Below, piece by piece: positions 33,618-42,925 of a stretch of DNA of 64,000 nt (position 1 is the stretch's first letter; every line of letters starts with the position of its first letter). Under the pieces are notes generated by a model. The model saw only the letters and a list, made by a program, of their open reading frames with translations. It ran no database searches and was not told the origin of the DNA. This stretch comes from Abditibacterium sp. (GTDB lineage: Bacteria; Armatimonadota; Abditibacteriia; Abditibacteriales; Abditibacteriaceae), in assembly GCA_965246885.1 (NCBI GenBank), contig CBDFFV010000001.1, positions 1 to 64,000 on the forward strand. The letters run 5' to 3'. The position numbers and the translations under genes are program-made.

Positions 33618-36032
33618 CTACTCGAATTTGATGTCGTCCAAGAAGAAGGTGACCGGCTGGCCTTTGGCGCCCACGACCCAGCAAAAGCCGGTCTTGATTT
33701 GCGATAAGTCTTTGCCTGCCAAGTCAATGCTGTACTGCTTCCACTCCTTGCCCAGCGCCACTTCCTTGAGTTCGCCCTTGCCGGAATCGGCGTATTTGGC
33801 TTTGTCCAAGAGGCCGAAGGAGAAGGACACGACCTCGCTGCCCGTTTCGCCGCGTGCCCAGAACGTCAGTTTCTTGGCGCCGCTTAAGTTGAAGCCGCCG
33901 GGTTGGTCGCCCCAATCGTTGGCGGGGCTTTGCCACACCACGCCGCCCCAACCGCCGCCCGCCGTGAACTGCGCTTTGATGTCGGTCTTGCCACTGTGCG
34001 GGTTGGTCGTGTCGTCGTCGGCCATCTTGATGTTGCCGGTATCGCCCATATAGCCCGACGGGATATACGGCGCTTTGTCGCCCGCTTCGGCGTAAACCGA
34101 GAAAGGCAAAGTCGCTTTGGGCGCCGCCGTTTTGGTTCCTCCGCCACCACCCGGCGCGGCGACGTTGGTCGTGGCGGCGCCCATTGCCGTCGCGGGCGCA
34201 TCGGTGCCGAGCCATTGGATGTCGTCCAGATAAAAGCGAACCGGGGCGCCCTGTCCGCCCACCACCCACGCGAAGCCGGTCTTGATGTCGCTCAGGTCTT
34301 TGCCCGCCACGCCTATGGCGTAGCGCTTCCACTCCTTGGTCAAAACCACGTCCTTGATTTCGCCCTTGGCGGAGTCGGAATATTTGGCCTTGTCGAGCAG
34401 GCCAAAAGAGAAGTTGACCTTCTCGCCGCCTTGGTCGCCGCGCGCCCAAAAGGAGAGTTGCTTGGCGCCCGCGAGGTTGAAGCCGCCCGGCTTGTCGCCC
34501 CAGTCATTGGCGGGCGACTGCCACACGACGCCGCCCCAGCCGGTGCCCGACGAAAAGTCCACTTGGGTGCACACGTCGCCAGTGTGCGGGTTGGTGCGCG
34601 ACTCGGTCATTTTGATATTGCCGGTATCGCCCATATAACCCGACGGGATGTATGGCAAATCGCCGCCGCTCTCGCCCAGCACCTCGAAGGGCAGCGCGAC
34701 CTTTTTGACTTGAACCGGGGGAGCTTTGTCGCCGCCCTCGACAAAAAGGGGCAAGTTGGCGACAGCGCCGCCGCCCTTGCCGTCGCTGATAAAAGCGAAC
34801 AAGCGATACGCGCCGCCGTATTTGGGCATTTTGACGGTCACGCCGGAGTTGGAAGCGTGCTCGATGGCATCGGGGAACGTCGGCGGTGTCGCTTGCGTTT
34901 CCCCTCCGAGAGACTCGTTCATCGGGTCGTATTGCAGCACCCAGTCCACGTTGACGGGGTTGTGGTCGGGGTCGGCGACATCCAGCTTCGCCTTGACTTC
35001 CGCGTCGGGTTTGGTCTTTTCGGGGGTTTCCAAAGCGACTGTCTTGATGAGCGGGACGCGGTTGGCGGGGTCTTTCCCAGTCCACAGCTTCTGCATCATA
35101 TCAACGGGGCCAAGCCGGGTGCCGTCGTGAAGCAGCATGCCATACCATGTGGCCGAGGCTTCCTGCTTGTTGCCCCACGTGAACGCGTAGCCGCCCAGCG
35201 CAAGGGGATGACCGGCGATGGACTGGTTCCATGTGGCGGCGTAGGAATCGGCCTTTTGCGTCGAGGTCGGTTCGGCGACGGCGCCCCAACTGTTCTTGCC
35301 CAACTCCCACGTTCCGGGCGGGCCGAACTCGGTGATGACGTACGGCTTGACGCCGCCCGCTTTGGGGTAACGCTCGGCGATGGACGGCCCGCCCGCGTAG
35401 GAGTTGATGCCCAAAACGTCTATATCCGGGCAGTATTTGTTGAGGCTCTCGACTTTATCGCCGCCAATCTCGGCGACAACGGTCATGGTGGGGTGGTTGG
35501 GGTCTACTTTGTGCGCGTAAGCGGCGATTTCTTGCACGGCGGCCCACATTTTTGGGTCGGTGGTGGCGCCGTAACCTTCCATTTCGTTGCCGATGCCCCA
35601 CATCAGGACGGCGGGCGAGTCTTTGTAGTGGTCAATGGCGGCTTTGGCCATCTCGAACTGGGCGGCAACGGCTTTGGGGTCGTCGTAGCTAAAGCCGTGC
35701 TCTTTGTGACCGAGCCAAATGCCGACGGTAACGCTGAGGCCCAGCTTTTGCGCGGCGGCCAGTTGCTTTTCGAGGTGGTCGCTGCCCCATGTGCGGAAGG
35801 AGTTGCCGCCGATAGAGCGTAGCATCTCCTTGGAACCGTCGCCGCCCGCGCCTTGAATGAAATACGGCGCCCCGCCGCGCATCAACTGCCACTTGCCGCC
35901 GGTGTGAACGAGCTTAGTAGGCGTCGCGCCCGCATCGGCAGCAAAAGCGGCAGGCGTGTTGAGGGCGGACGGCGCGCAACCGCCCAAGAAAGAGAGTGCG
36001 AGCAGCGCGGCGGGGCGAAGGGAAGGTGCCAT
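33618..36032 (-). CDS. Lipoprotein glycoside hydrolase (clan GH-A, GH2-like TIM barrel) with two tandem C-terminal CBM-like domains
   Basis: Lipobox LGGC; WGIGNEME acid/base and ITEFG nucleophile motifs; duplicated PYIPSGYMGD..WGGVVWQSPANDWG domains. Confidence 0.8.
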   Translation of the reverse strand: MAPSLRPAALLALSFLGGCAPSALNTPAAFAADAGATPTKLVHTGGKWQLMRGGAPYFIQGAGGDGSKEMLRSIGGNSFRTWGSDHLEKQLAAAQKLGLSVTVGIWLGHKEHGFSYDDPKAVAAQFEMAKAAIDHYKDSPAVLMWGIGNEMEGYGATTDPKMWAAVQEIAAYAHKVDPNHPTMTVVAEIGGDKVESLNKYCPDIDVLGINSYAGGPSIAERYPKAGGVKPYVITEFGPPGTWELGKNSWGAVAEPTSTQKADSYAATWNQSIAGHPLALGGYAFTWGNKQEASATWYGMLLHDGTRLGPVDMMQKLWTGKDPANRVPLIKTVALETPEKTKPDAEVKAKLDVADPDHNPVNVDWVLQYDPMNESLGGETQATPPTFPDAIEHASNSGVTVKMPKYGGAYRLFAFISDGKGGGAVANLPLFVEGGDKAPPVQVKKVALPFEVLGESGGDLPYIPSGYMGDTGNIKMTESRTNPHTGDVCTQVDFSSGTGWGGVVWQSPANDWGDKPGGFNLAGAKQLSFWARGDQGGEKVNFSFGLLDKAKYSDSAKGEIKDVVLTKEWKRYAIGVAGKDLSDIKTGFAWVVGGQGAPVRFYLDDIQWLGTDAPATAMGAATTNVAAPGGGGGTKTAAPKATLPFSVYAEAGDKAPYIPSGYMGDTGNIKMADDDTTNPHSGKTDIKAQFTAGGGWGGVVWQSPANDWGDQPGGFNLSGAKKLTFWARGETGSEVVSFSFGLLDKAKYADSGKGELKEVALGKEWKQYSIDLAGKDLSQIKTGFCWVVGAKGQPVTFFLDDIKFE

Positions 36033-36072
36033 AGTGTGTGGAATGAGTTGGAGAATCAGGAGGTCAAGGAGT

Positions 36073-36091
36073 TGCGTATCCGTATGTGCAA
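36073..36091. promoter_or_regulatory. Putative LacI operator, copy 1 (TGCGTATCCGTATGTGCAA)
   Basis: Identical 19-mer at 37007; quasi-palindrome with central CG; upstream of the GH gene. Confidence 0.7.
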
Positions 36092-36100
36092 AAGCGGAAA

Positions 36101-36134
36101 GAAGAAGGCAAAGCCGGGTGGCCTTGCCTTCTTC
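36101..36134 (-). terminator. Hairpin terminator after the DUF1559 gene
   Basis: GAAGAAGGCAAGGCC-ACCC-GGCTTTGCCTTCTTC followed by TTT on the minus strand. Confidence 0.65.
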
Positions 36135-36149
36135 ATCGTTGCTTCGGCT

Positions 36150-36923
36150 TTATTGGTATTTGACGGTGGCCACGTGAACCCACGCGGCTAGACCAGCATC
36201 GTAGGGGGCTTGGGTGCGATCCCACAAGTTGCCGCCCGCCACGCTGTCGGTCGCGTCGGGGCGCAAGGCTTTGACGTGTCCGTCGGCGAACAGGTAATTG
36301 CTGGTTTGCAAGTGTCCGGCGAAAATCGGGTAGGCAGGCTGGTTGTAGCCGCAATTGGGCTGCGTCCAGTTTTGACCGGTAGCTTCAAACACGGCGATAG
36401 TTTTGGCCGTATCCAGCACCTGAGCGAGGGCTACGCCGGAGGACGCAGTGCCCGGAGCGTTATCACCATCGCCGAAAATCCCGTTGCCAAGGCCAGAGCC
36501 GCCGCCATAGCAGCCTGCGCTATTGTAGTTGTTTCCTTCGTAGTGCTGGAGAATGGTCAAGGCGGCAGTGGTAGCGTTGAAGGAGTGGTCGGCAACTTGG
36601 GTGTTCGTCGAGTTCGAGGGACACTCGAAGAGTTGCGTGCTTTTGACGTAAGGATAGACCTGATACTGCCAATGCGCCCACTTGCCGTTCCAAACGCCTA
36701 CGTAAGAGTTGGGGTAACGCTCGTCGTAGTCTTGGGTGTACTGCGCGAGGCCCAGCCCGATTTGCTTGAGGTTGGACTGGCAGGAGGCGCGGCGGGCGTT
36801 CTCGCGGGCGCGGGCAAAAGCCGGGAACAAGATGGCCGCTAAAATTGCGATGATAGCGATAACAACGAGCAATTCTATGAGGGTAAATCCAGAATCGCGC
36901 TTGAAAGGACGGTGGTTGTTCAT
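36150..36923 (-). CDS. DUF1559 prepilin-type N-terminal cleavage/methylation protein with H-X9-DG motif
   Basis: [37 protein letters not shown] and [15 protein letters not shown]. Confidence 0.92.
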   Translation of the reverse strand: MNNHRPFKRDSGFTLIELLVVIAIIAILAAILFPAFARARENARRASCQSNLKQIGLGLAQYTQDYDERYPNSYVGVWNGKWAHWQYQVYPYVKSTQLFECPSNSTNTQVADHSFNATTAALTILQHYEGNNYNSAGCYGGGSGLGNGIFGDGDNAPGTASSGVALAQVLDTAKTIAVFEATGQNWTQPNCGYNQPAYPIFAGHLQTSNYLFADGHVKALRPDATDSVAGGNLWDRTQAPYDAGLAAWVHVATVKYQ

Positions 36924-37006
36924 AGTTAACCTGAAAATGCAGTAAGCAACGACGAAAAACGCGCTGGGGTCGGTGGAAGCACGGAAGTCTCCGTCGCCGC
37001 CGCAAG

Positions 37007-37035
37007 TGCGTATCCGTATGTGCAAGACCATTATA
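37007..37035 (-). promoter_or_regulatory. Promoter -10 (TATAAT, 37030-37035) with adjacent putative LacI operator copy 2 (37007-37025)
   Basis: Perfect TATAAT followed after 4 bp by the repeated 19-mer, which overlaps the expected TSS. Confidence 0.7.
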
Positions 37036-37111
37036 CCCATCCGCGCGCCTTTTTAAACATTTTCCCGAAAGTTTTTTTTGCGGCGGCTTTTGGCGCTGTT
37101 TTTGGGGCTGG

Positions 37112-37984
37112 TTAGGGCTTATCAGCCAGCGATTGCGGTGGGCGGGTGGGCGGCAACAAACCCGCGCGCAAGGAGCGGCGCGCGTCGGCGGGATGGGTGC
37201 CGCTCCTTTGCCAAAAGGCGCGGTGGAAATGGGCATACGAGCCGTAGCCCGCCCGCAATGCCACTTCTCCCAGTGGCAAATCACCCTCGCACAAGCGCAG
37301 CGCCCGCTCGTGGCACGCGCGCGCCCGGAACTCCGTGAGCGATACCCCCGTCTGGGCTTTGAACAGCCGCGACAAGCGCGAGGGCGACAGCCCGACCGCG
37401 CGCGCCAACTGCGGCAACGAGGGCGGCGGCACTTGCTCGCGCAACACCCGCGCGGCGCGCTCGACGCACGGATGCACCGCGCGCGACTCGTGCGGTTCTT
37501 GGGCGGCGCGCTCCCACGCCGCGTGCGCGTGGTGCAGCAAAAAGCCCAGCCCCCAATCCAACGCTTCGCCCGTCGCGCTTTGGAGCGCGTCCGCGAGCGT
37601 TTCGAGCACCCCGAACTCCTCTTCGCCGATGCGCCTTAGGCGCGCTTCGCCGGGATGTTCCTCTAAAACGATGCGCGACCCCTCCGCTCGGCACGCCCGC
37701 TCCACAAACGCCGGTTTCCACACCGCGATGTGCATGGCGAAGTCGGGCGAGGCTTCGAGCAAGATATGGTGCTGCGCCGGATGTAGCCACAACAACGAGC
37801 GGCGCACCAGTTTCACGCGCGCACTCCCCACTAAGTAAGTCGCGTGCCCGCCCAAGGCAAGGTTTAGCTCCAGTTCGGCGTGACGATGAAACGGCGAGCG
37901 CCTCGCGCACCCTGCCCAGCGCCACACGCACCCGGCGACTTCGGGCGAAAGGGCAAGTTCTTCTTCGACAGGCGCCAGCGACAT
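37112..37984 (-). CDS. AraC family transcriptional regulator
   Basis: HRHAELELN cupin domain; C-terminal LARAVGLSPSRLSRLFK..AGYGSYAHFHRAF double HTH. Confidence 0.9.
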   Translation of the reverse strand: MSLAPVEEELALSPEVAGCVWRWAGCARRSPFHRHAELELNLALGGHATYLVGSARVKLVRRSLLWLHPAQHHILLEASPDFAMHIAVWKPAFVERACRAEGSRIVLEEHPGEARLRRIGEEEFGVLETLADALQSATGEALDWGLGFLLHHAHAAWERAAQEPHESRAVHPCVERAARVLREQVPPPSLPQLARAVGLSPSRLSRLFKAQTGVSLTEFRARACHERALRLCEGDLPLGEVALRAGYGSYAHFHRAFWQRSGTHPADARRSLRAGLLPPTRPPQSLADKP

Positions 37985-38053
37985 CGAATGAGAAGTTTAC
38001 GCCCTCAAACGAGAAGCGATGCCCCCTATTGCGTCCTAAAATGAGAAGGGCAA

Positions 38054-38830
38054 ATGACAACCGCAACTCAGTCGCCGGTCACTCCGGCTCACCAAGAGCA
38101 ATACGAGCGCGATGGCTTCTTCATCCTTGAAGGCGTCGTTTCCGCCGAGCATCTGGACATCATGCGCGCCGAGGTTGGCGCAGCGATGGCGCGCATAGAC
38201 GCCGAAATGGACGCCAAGGGCGTCGAAAAGCTCGGCATCAACCTCAAACACTCCCGCTACTTCGTGTCCGTCCTCAAAGAAGACCTGAGCAACCCCGTCG
38301 CCGAGTTCGTCTTTTCTCCCCTCATGGCCGACGTCTGCCGCGCCACCCTTGGCCCGAACGCTTATCTTTTCCACGACCAATACGTCGTTAAAGCCGCCGA
38401 GCGCGGGGAATCGTTCTCGTGGCACCAAGATTCCGGCTACGTCGGCTACCCCGACCACAAACCCTACCTCACCTGCTGGGTTACGCTCGACGACGTCAAC
38501 GAGCAAAACGGGACGGTTTACATCCTGCCCTACGACAAAGCGGGCACGCGCGACTACGTCCCCCACGTTCAAAGCGGGCAAAACAACGACCTGACGGGCT
38601 ACAATGGCGACGACCCCGGCTTGCCCATTATCGCCCCCGCCGGAAGCATCGCTTGCTTTTCCTCGACCGTTTTCCACCGCTCCGGCGCCAACCAAACCGA
38701 CCACATGCGCCGCGTTTATCTGCCGCAGTATTCGAGCGAACCCATTACCAAGCCCGATGGCACCGGCATCTGGAACATGGCCGTTCCTTTTGTCCGCGAC
38801 GGGAAGCAGGTCAAATTCGGCGCGGGGTAG
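38054..38830 (+). CDS. Phytanoyl-CoA dioxygenase (PhyH) family Fe(II)/2-OG dioxygenase
   Basis: YERDGF, WHQD, TCWVTLDDVNEQNG and HRSGAN motifs; divergent from AraC. Confidence 0.9.
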   Translation: MTTATQSPVTPAHQEQYERDGFFILEGVVSAEHLDIMRAEVGAAMARIDAEMDAKGVEKLGINLKHSRYFVSVLKEDLSNPVAEFVFSPLMADVCRATLGPNAYLFHDQYVVKAAERGESFSWHQDSGYVGYPDHKPYLTCWVTLDDVNEQNGTVYILPYDKAGTRDYVPHVQSGQNNDLTGYNGDDPGLPIIAPAGSIACFSSTVFHRSGANQTDHMRRVYLPQYSSEPITKPDGTGIWNMAVPFVRDGKQVKFGAG

Positions 38831-39157
38831 GTCACTGCCGCTTGCGCTCTCTCCAGCGCGCGTCGGCAATTCCGGGACGGTGCGTCGTTGGCCTCGCCCG
38901 TCGCCCGTCAGGAGCGCGGCTGGCTCCGTCCCAGTCACTCCCCTACCCGACGTGCATCATTAATGCTCAAGAAGTCCACTTCTCAAGAACTAAAAAGCTC
39001 CGATGATTTTTGCGCGGCGCGCGGCCTCGCACGCCGAGTGATCAACTTATTACTTATGGCATGGGGTGGCCGGGTCAGGACGCGCGTTGTCCCACTCTTT
39101 TCTTCCCGGAAACGGAGCCGGAAGCGCTTGCCCATCGGCAGAAACGCTTACACCCGT

Positions 39158-39562
39158 TTAAACCGTTTTCGGGCGGCCCGTCTTGACGCGCTCCAAGCGC
39201 TCAAAGACGGCGTGCCGCGCTGTCTCGTCGCTTTCGGCGAGGAGCAGTAACCCCGCTCGAATTACCTCGCTTTTGGATACCGCGACCGCACCGCTCAGCA
39301 TCCCCGCGCGAATCGCCTCGATTTGCGCGTGTTCGGCTTCGGGAATCGTAAACGCTTCGCGCACCACTTTTGGAACCGGCGGCGCTTCAATGGGCGGCTC
39401 CCCTTCGGACGCGGCATCGGCGGGGGCAGATTCAAAGGCGGTGACGCCCTCCGCAGGAGCGCCGCCCAAGCGCGCCTCGGCGCGCGCCAAGCGCTCCTGA
39501 AAAGCATCGGTTTCGGCAGACATTGAAGCGCTGAGCGCCGCACTCATGGAAGGTTTCGTCAT
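39158..39562 (-). CDS. Small ParA partner protein (probable ribbon-helix-helix centromere-binding protein)
   Basis: Downstream of parA; C-terminal KVVREAFTIP..SKSEVIRAGL..VKTGRPK beta-alpha-alpha pattern; start uncertain (39547-39574). Confidence 0.6.
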   Translation of the reverse strand: MTKPSMSAALSASMSAETDAFQERLARAEARLGGAPAEGVTAFESAPADAASEGEPPIEAPPVPKVVREAFTIPEAEHAQIEAIRAGMLSGAVAVSKSEVIRAGLLLLAESDETARHAVFERLERVKTGRPKTV

Positions 39563-39721
39563 GACATGAACCATTTTAACAGTTGGAACGGTTTTATGGG
39601 TACGCCCAGTAAAAAGAGTTCTTTCAATTCTCCTATCCTACTCCATTTGAGCGTGAACAGAAGATGTCGGGGCGAGGGGAGTTGTTTGGAAAGCCGGTAT
39701 CTTCCTCGGTGGAAGAGAGAA

Positions 39722-40381
39722 TCATTTCTCCAGTTGCAACAGTTGTAATAGTTCTTGCGAGAGTGCTTCCACTTCCGCGACCGCCGCCTTGTTGTCGAGG
39801 TCGTGGACACTCTGGCCCCACACGGCGCTTTGACGAAACGCGGCGCGTTGCCGCCAGATGGTGCCGCACATCTCGATGCCGAAGCCTTCCAATATCTGTA
39901 GCGTCTCGCGCGTCAGGTTCTGGTTGGGTTGCGCCTGATTGAGAAGCAAGCGCCCCTGCAGCGTTTCGTTGATGTCGCTCAGGCGGCCAATCACTTCCCG
40001 AATTCCCACAGAAGCCCACAAATCGAGGGGCGAGGGCACAAGCGGCACGAGCGCCAAATCCGCCACTAACAAGGCGCTTTGCGGCACGACCGAATCGGCG
40101 GCGGGCGGGCAGTCAATGAGAATCACGTCATACAGCGCCACGAACTTGGCGACTTCGCGGTGCAGCTTTCCGCTTGCGTGCGCCAGCCCTACGACGGCGG
40201 CGGGAAAGGGATGCTCGTCGCTCGCCGAGGCCGCCCAGCGCGTCGCCGTTCCCTGCGGGTCGGCGTCCACCACAAGGGTATGAAGGCCGCGCCGCGCGAA
40301 AGAGGCCGCCAATTGCATGGTCGCCGTCGTTTTGCCACTGCCGCCCTTTTGATTGCACACCGCCAGAATTTTGGAAGACAT
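39722..40381 (-). CDS. parA: ParA family partition ATPase (short type Ib / ParF-like)
   Basis: NQKGGSGKTT, VDADPQG and LIDCPP motifs; 219 aa with no N-terminal HTH. Confidence 0.92.
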   Translation of the reverse strand: MSSKILAVCNQKGGSGKTTATMQLAASFARRGLHTLVVDADPQGTATRWAASASDEHPFPAAVVGLAHASGKLHREVAKFVALYDVILIDCPPAADSVVPQSALLVADLALVPLVPSPLDLWASVGIREVIGRLSDINETLQGRLLLNQAQPNQNLTRETLQILEGFGIEMCGTIWRQRAAFRQSAVWGQSVHDLDNKAAVAEVEALSQELLQLLQLEK

Positions 40382-40487
40382 ATATCCGTTGAAAGAGTAG
40401 AAACAGTTTGAAAAGTCGCAACTGTTCCCTTTGAGTGTGCCCGGTTGGGCGGCGGCTGTGACCCGCGAGGCGCTACATTATGGAGCG

Positions 40488-41309
40488 ATGCCAACGATTT
40501 CCAACGGGGAACTACGTCCCGTTCCAGCGCCTGCGCGCTCGCGCGGCGCTTTTGAGGGCGCGCTGGGCGCCTTCGTCTTGTGGTTCGCCGCACGAGATTT
40601 GGGGTTGCTCGAATTGGTGCCCATCCTGCGAGGCGCCTCTTGGCTTGTGCTTGGATTCTCAGCGACGGGAGCGCTGTTGGGGCGAACGCGGGCGCTTGGG
40701 GCGGGGCGCACCCTCGTGGGGTTGGCGTTGGGGCTGTGGCTCGTCGTGGCATGGACACCCCTTGCGTCGGCCCTCGTGGGGCCGCTCAAAACCGAGGATG
40801 CGCCCGCGCGCGCCGACGCGGTTGTGGTATTGCAAGCGGGAATTCAACGCGACGACGACTTCGAGGCTTCGACTTTGGAGCGCATGGTGCACGGCATGGA
40901 ACTCTTGCACGCTGGCTACGCGCCGCGCCTCATCGTAACTGAAGTCCCACACACCGGCTCCAACGCGCGGGCGACGAGCGCCTTGATGGGGCATTTGGGC
41001 ATTGGCGCGCAGCTTTTGGCGGTCGGCCCCGTCCAGACCACGCGCGACGAAGCGCTCCAATGCGCCGCCTTATGTCATGCGCGCGGCTGGAAAACGATCC
41101 TGCTCGTAACTTCCCCGGCGCACTCCAAGCGCAGCGCGCTTGCGTTCAAGCGGGTAGGGCTGCGCGTGATTTCCTCGCCGTGCCGGGAAAGCGCCTTTGA
41201 TTTCGAGAACCTTGCCAGAGCGGACGCGCATGGTCGCGCCTTGGCTTTTGGCGAAGCGATGCGCGAGATCGTGGGGCTACGAACCTATCAAGCGCGCGGT
41301 TGGGCATAG
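40488..41309 (+). CDS. YdcF/ElyC (DUF218) family membrane protein
   Basis: ADAVVVL, TTRDEA and ILLVTSPAHSKRS motifs; N-terminal TM segments. Confidence 0.8.
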   Translation: MPTISNGELRPVPAPARSRGAFEGALGAFVLWFAARDLGLLELVPILRGASWLVLGFSATGALLGRTRALGAGRTLVGLALGLWLVVAWTPLASALVGPLKTEDAPARADAVVVLQAGIQRDDDFEASTLERMVHGMELLHAGYAPRLIVTEVPHTGSNARATSALMGHLGIGAQLLAVGPVQTTRDEALQCAALCHARGWKTILLVTSPAHSKRSALAFKRVGLRVISSPCRESAFDFENLARADAHGRALAFGEAMREIVGLRTYQARGWA

Positions 41310-41494
41310 AAAACGCTTTCCTTATGGGAGTTGCCAGTTGCCAACTGCCATTTTCCTGCTTCGGCGGCTCGTTTTCCCGACTGCTGCGCGGCGCGCGGGC
41401 AACCCTTCTTCGCTTTAAAAGTGGCCTTCATTTGGCATGACGCGCCGGAATGAGTAAATTCCTCCTCGTTCTTTGAGAAACGAAGAGCCAATTT

Positions 41495-42904
41495 ATGTTG
41501 CATCCCGTGATTTTGTGCGGCGGATCGGGCACGCGGCTCTGGCCGCTCTCGCGTCAAGCGCGCCCCAAACAGTTCCTGCCCCTCCTGTCGAGCCATAGCC
41601 TGCTCCAAGACGCCGTTCTGCGCTTGCGCGGAGTGCCCGACTTGGCCCCGACGCTTGTGGTGTGCAACAACGACCACCGCTTTATGGTGGCCGAACAGAT
41701 GCTCGAACTGGGCGGTGAAATCGGGCCGATTCTGCTCGAACCCGCCGGACGCAATACCGCCCCCGCCGTCGCTTTGGCCGCGCACACCGCGCTCCAAAGC
41801 GACCCGGACGCCCTCTTGCTGGTGCTGCCGTCCGACCATGTTATCCGCGACGGGGCCGCCTTCCAAGCCCGCGTGAGCGAAGCGCGCGTTTTGGCAGAGC
41901 AGGGTTTGCTCGTGACTTTTGGCATCGTGCCGACCTCTCCCGAAACCGGCTACGGCTACATCGAGCAAGGCGAACCCCTTGAATTTGGCGCCTTCACGGT
42001 GCGCCGCTTCTTCGAAAAGCCCGACGCGGAGCGCGCGAGTGAGTTCGTCCATGCGGGCACGTTCCTGTGGAACAGTGGCATGTTCCTGTTTGGCGCGCGC
42101 GCGTTCTTGGACGAGTTGCAAACCCACGCGCCCGACGTTCATGCGGCAGGCGCGCGCGCTTTCGAGGGCGCCCAAAGCGACCTTGACTTTTGCCGCCCCG
42201 AACCCGGCGCCTTTCTGGACAGCCCGTCGGTCTCCATTGACTACGCCGTGATGGAGCACACTGCGCGCGCGGCGGTGGTGCCCGCGAACATCGGCTGGAG
42301 CGACGTTGGCTCCTACACGGCCCTTTGGGAAGTGGAGGACAAAGATGGGCAGGGGAACGCCGTGCGCGGTCAAACGGCCCTGCACGACGCGCACCGTTGC
42401 TTCGTGCACACCGAAAAGCAGTTGGTCGCTCTGCTTGGGGTCGAGGACTTGGTGGTCGTGGCGACGGCGGATGCCATTCTGGTGGCGTCCAAGGAACGCT
42501 CGCAGGACGTGAAGCTCATCGTGGACGACCTGCGCCGTCAAGGGCGCGCCGAGCACGAAGTTCACACCAAGGTCTACCGGCCTTGGGGCTGGTACGAGGG
42601 CGTCGAGCGCGGCGACCGTTTCCAAGTGAAGCAACTCATGGTCAAGCCGGGGCAGAAATCCTCGATGCAGGTGCATCACCACCGCTCCGAGCACTGGATT
42701 ATCGTCAAAGGCACCGCCGAAGTCACCCTTGGCGAGAGCAAAACTCTGCTGACCGAAGACCAGTCTATTTATATCCCGCTCGGCGTTCCCCATCGGATAT
42801 GGAATCCGGGACGAATCCCGATGCACTTTGTCGAAGTGCAAAGCGGCTCTTATTTAGAAGAGGACGACATCGTGCGCTTGGATGACCAATATGGGCGAAA
42901 CTGA
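41495..42904 (+). CDS. manC: Mannose-1-phosphate guanylyltransferase / mannose-6-phosphate isomerase
   Basis: GGSGTRLWPLSR..PKQF, EPAGRNTAPA and C-terminal cupin RPWG..HHHRSEHW. Confidence 0.95.
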   Translation: MLHPVILCGGSGTRLWPLSRQARPKQFLPLLSSHSLLQDAVLRLRGVPDLAPTLVVCNNDHRFMVAEQMLELGGEIGPILLEPAGRNTAPAVALAAHTALQSDPDALLLVLPSDHVIRDGAAFQARVSEARVLAEQGLLVTFGIVPTSPETGYGYIEQGEPLEFGAFTVRRFFEKPDAERASEFVHAGTFLWNSGMFLFGARAFLDELQTHAPDVHAAGARAFEGAQSDLDFCRPEPGAFLDSPSVSIDYAVMEHTARAAVVPANIGWSDVGSYTALWEVEDKDGQGNAVRGQTALHDAHRCFVHTEKQLVALLGVEDLVVVATADAILVASKERSQDVKLIVDDLRRQGRAEHEVHTKVYRPWGWYEGVERGDRFQVKQLMVKPGQKSSMQVHHHRSEHWIIVKGTAEVTLGESKTLLTEDQSIYIPLGVPHRIWNPGRIPMHFVEVQSGSYLEEDDIVRLDDQYGRN

Positions 42905-42925
42905 GCACCTCTCACACTGACCAGC

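Noticed and set aside
33903..35822. Long antisense/alternative-frame ORFs (also 54931-56538, 41288-42841, 30361-31848, 26527-27936 and others)
   Set aside because: Shadow ORFs of real genes in high-GC DNA; no recognisable motifs.
39633..39725. 30-aa ORF coupled (ATGA) to the parA stop
   Set aside because: Too short, with no motif or supporting evidence.
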